From: the human T2T-CHM13v2.0 reference genome, Homo sapiens
NCBI RefSeq assembly: GCF_009914755.1
Contig: NC_060927.1
DNA: 64,000 nt
Strand: one strand, 5' to 3'
In this document: piece by piece, positions 58,501 through 64,000 of the stretch
Position numbering within the stretch: position 1 is the stretch's first letter
How the letters are laid out: the number at the start of each line of letters is the position of its first letter
Notes under the pieces: model-generated
What the model was told of the DNA's origin: nothing
The model's input: only the letters and a program-made list of their open reading frames with translations
Database searches by the model: none
Program-made: the position numbers and the translations under genes

Positions 58501-59616
58501 GCTACCATTATTTAAGCAGTGAACATCATATTTTAAATGTTTTAGGCAGAGGTGCCACCAACCTCAGCAAGAAGCTTGGTGATGTTCAGAAGATATAGAG
58601 GTTAAATATGAAAACTATGATTTTGGCCCTTAGTTACTGTATCAAATAAAATAATACTCATTTAAGTAAGCTTTAGGATCAAAGTCTATAATCAGGACAT
58701 TGTAACGGGAATAACAGTATTACTGTGTGTTGCATTTCATTTAGCGTTCACATTTTTGTTGTGTTAGTTCTACATTGACAGATTCGGGTTGGGTCACTGT
58801 ACCATTCTTCCTGAAAATTGCCAAGATGATGAGATTTGATTTTTCTACCATTTAGCTCTTGAGCACATAACAGCATTTTAACTTTTGCTGTAGTCTGTGT
58901 TCTGATTCCCTATTTACTATTTTGAAATATTAAATGATATGGACAGATCAGATATGTCTACCTGAGGCTAACAAGATGATGTCTTTGTGTAATATATAGG
59001 TAAATAAAACACTAATTAGGAGTAGTGCTTTCTCTTGTAGAACAATTAAGTAGCATTCACAGTTTTATCTCATTATACCTTCTTGTAGAAGGAAATGTTA
59101 AAATACTTCCTCTTTGAATAGCATCAGAAAAAATGCAGTGTTTCTTTTGCTGGAATTGAAGACTGGTTCTGTCAGAATTTCACAGATAATTATTTAAATA
59201 TTTTAAATTTGCAAAGCCACATAAATCTGTTTCGAATATTCCATGGCTCAAAATATCTTTCTTCAACTTCATAATCAAGGAGGTATTTAAATATGTTGCT
59301 ATTTTAACTTCATCGCCTCATGTTCTCTTTCCAATGAGTGACGTTTGATGCTGGTTTCATTCACTTATAAAGGTGACATCCCCAATATACTAAACCATAT
59401 AGCTTAAGCATTGTAATTTGTCGAAAATACAAACTAGTCTGATATACTAAGAAAAATCTTCAGTTATACCACAAATATTAATTGTTCGTTTCCTCTGGGC
59501 CAGGCATTGTTTTGGTGATCTGTTTCTATTAATGGAGAACTAGTGTAACCACTGCCTTCTCTCATGGAGCTTACATTTTTGTGGCAAAGGCAAATGATAA
59601 GCAGATAGCGAGATAA

Positions 59617-59899
<283 letters not shown>

Positions 59900-60670
59900 A
59901 AGTGTAATGTTATGTACTTCTCTCAAAACGAGTCTGGACTGCTGTTGGGAGGAACAGAAGGTTGGGTGCTTTGGATGGTGGCCTGAAAATCTTCTAAGAA
60001 GATAACTTTGCAGTAGGGACTTGGACGAAGGCCTATTGGGGTATAGAGCTAGTATGCAAAGTGCAGTGATTCATTGTGATAATTATCTTCTAGTGAGCTT
60101 AAACCTTTTACATTTTTAAAAATTTTGCCTGATACAGGAATTAATTCAAAATTCACTTTTAAATCATTGTCTGTATAGAAGCTTTATGTTCTGTTTTGTC
60201 CTAAATATGAATACTTAAGGATCAACAATCATTTTCTAATTGGAATACAGTTTAGTTGCCACTGGAATTCTAATCTTTGGCAGTAGTGTGTCACCTAACC
60301 GACACTCCTTCATTATCCTTCCTACAGTAGACCACTAGGTGATTTAGGGAACCAAACTGTTGAATGGATCAGAATTCTAAAAGACTGCTTCGACAGAGCT
60401 TAGATTACTTATTTGCGTTAGTAAACACAATCTTCCTTTCTTGGCAGCAGCTAGTCTGAAATGTGGCAGACCAGCAGGCCACATTGGCAGTCTCTATGCC
60501 ATTCCAGAGGATGTGTGATTGAAAGTTATCTTTTTCTTTGCAGTATTGTTAAAACTTAGTCATTTACATATCTCCTTCATGATTTTCATTTATGTGTAGT
60601 CTCTTAGGTATATTTGTGTGTATATGTATCTATTCTTTAAATCTTTTTTAAAAATTTATTTAATTAATAC

Positions 60671-60962
60671 TTTTTTTTTTTTCAGACAGGGTCTTACTCT
60701 GTTGCCCAGGTTGGAGTGCAGTGGTGTGATCATGGCTTACTGCAGCCTTGACATCCTGTGCTCAAGCAATCCTCCTGCCTCAGCCTCCTGAGTAATTGGG
60801 ACTACAGGCATTTGTCACCCTGCCTGGCTAATTTTTGTATTTTTTGTAGATATAGGGTCCTACTATGTTGTTCAGGCTGGTCTCGAACACCTGGCCTCAA
60901 GCAGTCCTCCACTTCAGCCTCCCAAAGTGTTGGATTACAGGCGTGAGCCACGGTGCCCGGCC
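60671..60962 (-). mobile_element. AluJ
   Basis: Full dimer; gacagggtct...cagccttgac...gcgtgagccacggtgcccggcc. Confidence 0.93.
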
Positions 60963-62171
60963 CTTTAAATTTGTAAATTAAACTTTAATTTCTTCCTAAG
61001 TTATAATATTGATGTAATCACAGACCGGACACACTAGTTTTAGCATTCTAATCCATCTGTTAAAATTATGTTGTTTGTGCATCACCTGAAATTGCCATGG
61101 GTACTGCTGGTAGTGTGCTTACCCCTCACTGAGAAATACTTACCTCTGCTTTTTGCTATGTGGAGTTGAATAGTGCTGAAGGCTGCATTAACTCGTTCAG
61201 ATGGCAGTTCTTCCCATATAATGTATAACATCTTTGTTACTCTACTTAGCACCTTAGTGAATACAGAGATGGCTGTACAGCCTCCAGAAATGCTAAGTTG
61301 GTTGGTTGTATATGGAAATCTCTGTTAATATTTGGGACAAACCCTGGGAATAATTGTGTGAGCAAACTTAGTTTACTAAAGAACTGCATTGCTAATTATG
61401 GACTTGTTGACACCAGTGAGCCAGGGGAAGAAGTTGTGGTTTTGGGCAAGGGGTTCTTTCTTATCAACTCCAAACTTACAGGGTGAAGTTAGCCATCTCT
61501 TTCAGTTAGATTGAAACTATCTTAATAAACAAAAATCATAATAAACGACCTCAAAAAATTACTTAGTTAACTTCCTCAGTATATAACTTATATCAACATT
61601 AAAAGCATATTAAATAAAATTCTTCAAAATTACCAGCTAACTACTCTGGGATATAACTGGACTGATTGCCTATATTTGCTTTAGAAGAACTTTTGCAATG
61701 ATTAGTAAACATATGTGAGCAAGAAATTTAACCTTGCTCATAGAGGCCATCCAGTTCTCCAAAAGAGAATTTCATTTTCATACCTTGTAAGCATCTCTTT
61801 ATCTTCTATAGCAGTAGGTATGTGACTCTTAAATAGGCATTCATATGAAGCCATATATATATATATGTAATTTTTAAGAATAATTGTTGAAAGAATAAGA
61901 ATAATTTCATTCTTCTTTATCCTTTTCTCGGTTTTTATTATCTCTGTCATTTCAAATTTTATTTCTTTCCTTTTTATTTTCTCCCTTATATTTATCTTAA
62001 AGTAGAATATATACATGATTTCTGATATCATTCAAAAAGAAATTGGTTCTTGTGGCAGAATATTAGTGTTGTAGATGATGTCAGATAAAGCAAGAAACTA
62101 TAGCGTTTGGAATGTGATCAGTAGGTTAAAGAGGGACTGCTGTTACCTATTATTCAGATTTTAAAGTTTGA

Positions 62172-62479
<308 letters not shown>

Positions 62480-63404
62480 TTAAGTTTGATTCTTACAATA
62501 TTTTTGTTGTTCAGAGAAGTTTATTATAATGTATTGAAATATAGGTCAGATATTTACCTCAGAAGCAATGTACCCATTAGTAGAAATCTTTCCTTTAATA
62601 ATTATTTACAGACAAAATTTATTTTAGGCCAAATATGTTTGCAAGAATTCTCATAATCTGGACATTACCCACATATCTTTAAACATTATATCTATCTGTA
62701 GAACAAAACCCCATTACTTAGTTAATGTTTTGTGAATTCAGTATTGATCCAAATTCTATAAAATCTTAATTTACCAAAAGAGATTTCTATTTTTTGAAAT
62801 TCTTTTTTTAATATAGAGAAGGAATATAAAACAATAATCTGATATCAGCAGTTTAGTGAAATTGATCTATAGGATATAATTTGAGTTTGTTACCCACAGT
62901 GCCCTATATCAAGGGCAGGCACATACATTATCAGGTCTAGCTAGACTAATGCATAATGGCCAGTATCTATTTTAATTGTTCAGTGTCTATGCCTGAACTA
63001 ATTATTAATACTTTGATTATCATCCTTGTCTATGTCCTTTACAATTAAATGGTACAAATCTATGTTGATAATGCTTTCAGTAGCACTTTTGAAGTAAATA
63101 GAATTTCTCTGCTACAGAAAATAAATATAATCAGAACACTGATTTGCAAGCATTTTAGTAATCAAAGTATATTTTGTACTTGAGGGATTGTCTGTAACCT
63201 GGCAAAAAGGAAAAATAATCAACTCTAGAAATTAATTTTTAGTTGTATTTAGATATGACTACCAAGCAATGCAGATATTTCTTGGGGTACCAGTCTTCTT
63301 ACATATATTGTCTGGATGCCATAGATCATGATATTAAATAATCTATTTCATCAGTGTTGGGACCACATCCTCCCATACATGTTTATTTCTGTAAGTGTGA
63401 ATGA

Positions 63405-64000
63405 AGTTTACTCATTTATCAAACATTTTAAAAAAAGATCTGTTATGTTCCAAGAACTGTGTGATGGAAGACACTGGACCTACACCCTGTTGTCAGGGCA
63501 TATATAACATTGAGGGGGAGAGGTACGAAGAGCTACAAAGTACCAGAAACATTCTGAGATGGAGTAATGTTTAGCATAGTTGACCCAGTCCTATAGAGAA
63601 GGTGATTTTTGAACAGCAATTTAAACAAGGAGAAGGAATTTGCCAAGTTGCAGGGGTGAGGAAGTGTGTGTCAAACCAAACAGGGAGTTAGCATGTAACA
63701 AGTCCCAGGAGCTCACACATGTCTTGGCACCTGCCAAGAACCCTCAGCAACTCCTCTCCAGGGGAGATACAAGAGGTACAGCACTGAGAGAAGCAACAAG
63801 ATAAAATGTATCAGTTTGTTAAAAGGGAAAGGTTCAAGAAAGAGGGAGTTGTAAATCATGTTACAGGTCAAGTAAAGGCAAGAACAAAACATAGTCTTTG
63901 GACTTGGCTTTCCTGACAGCATTGATGAACTTTGCTGAGCAGTAAAGTAATGGGTGTGAAAGTCAGACTGATAAGGATTCAGAAGTGAATGGGAAAGGAA
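63405..64000 (-). mobile_element. L2 fragments
   Basis: ctcatttatcaaacattt...agagaaggtgatttttgaacag...ggtcaagtaaagg...tggacttggc. Confidence 0.55.

Overview
This is AT-rich primate (human-like) genomic DNA, not prokaryotic: it is dense in Alu, L1, L2, MIR and MER repeats and has one CpG island (~36.4-37.5 kb). From memory, not from an alignment, I recognise the CpG-island exon (~36780-36992, ending GAG|GTAAGT) as a non-coding 5' leader exon of MBNL1. On that reading the window holds the MBNL1 5' region: a candidate upstream leader-exon cluster at ~11.3-12.3 kb, the CpG promoter with its overlapping antisense lncRNA (MBNL1-AS1), and most of the following intron. No host protein-coding exon is evident; the only ORFs with real protein homology are broken L1 ORF2 pieces. 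I found no convincing new biological system. The most interesting signals are regulatory: (1) seven AUGs in ~170 nt of leader exon, all stopping inside it; (2) an A-tract plus start-stop codon in both leader exons; (3) a ~26-bp stretch that is both a sense 5' splice site and an antisense 3' splice site; (4) an antisense Alu with exonization-type mutations; (5) a perfect CArG box at the predicted antisense start; (6) a twin-primed L1 inversion; and (7) a palindromic AT-only minisatellite between inverted Alus. Repeat subfamily names are by-eye calls, and boundaries without a stated TSD are approximate.
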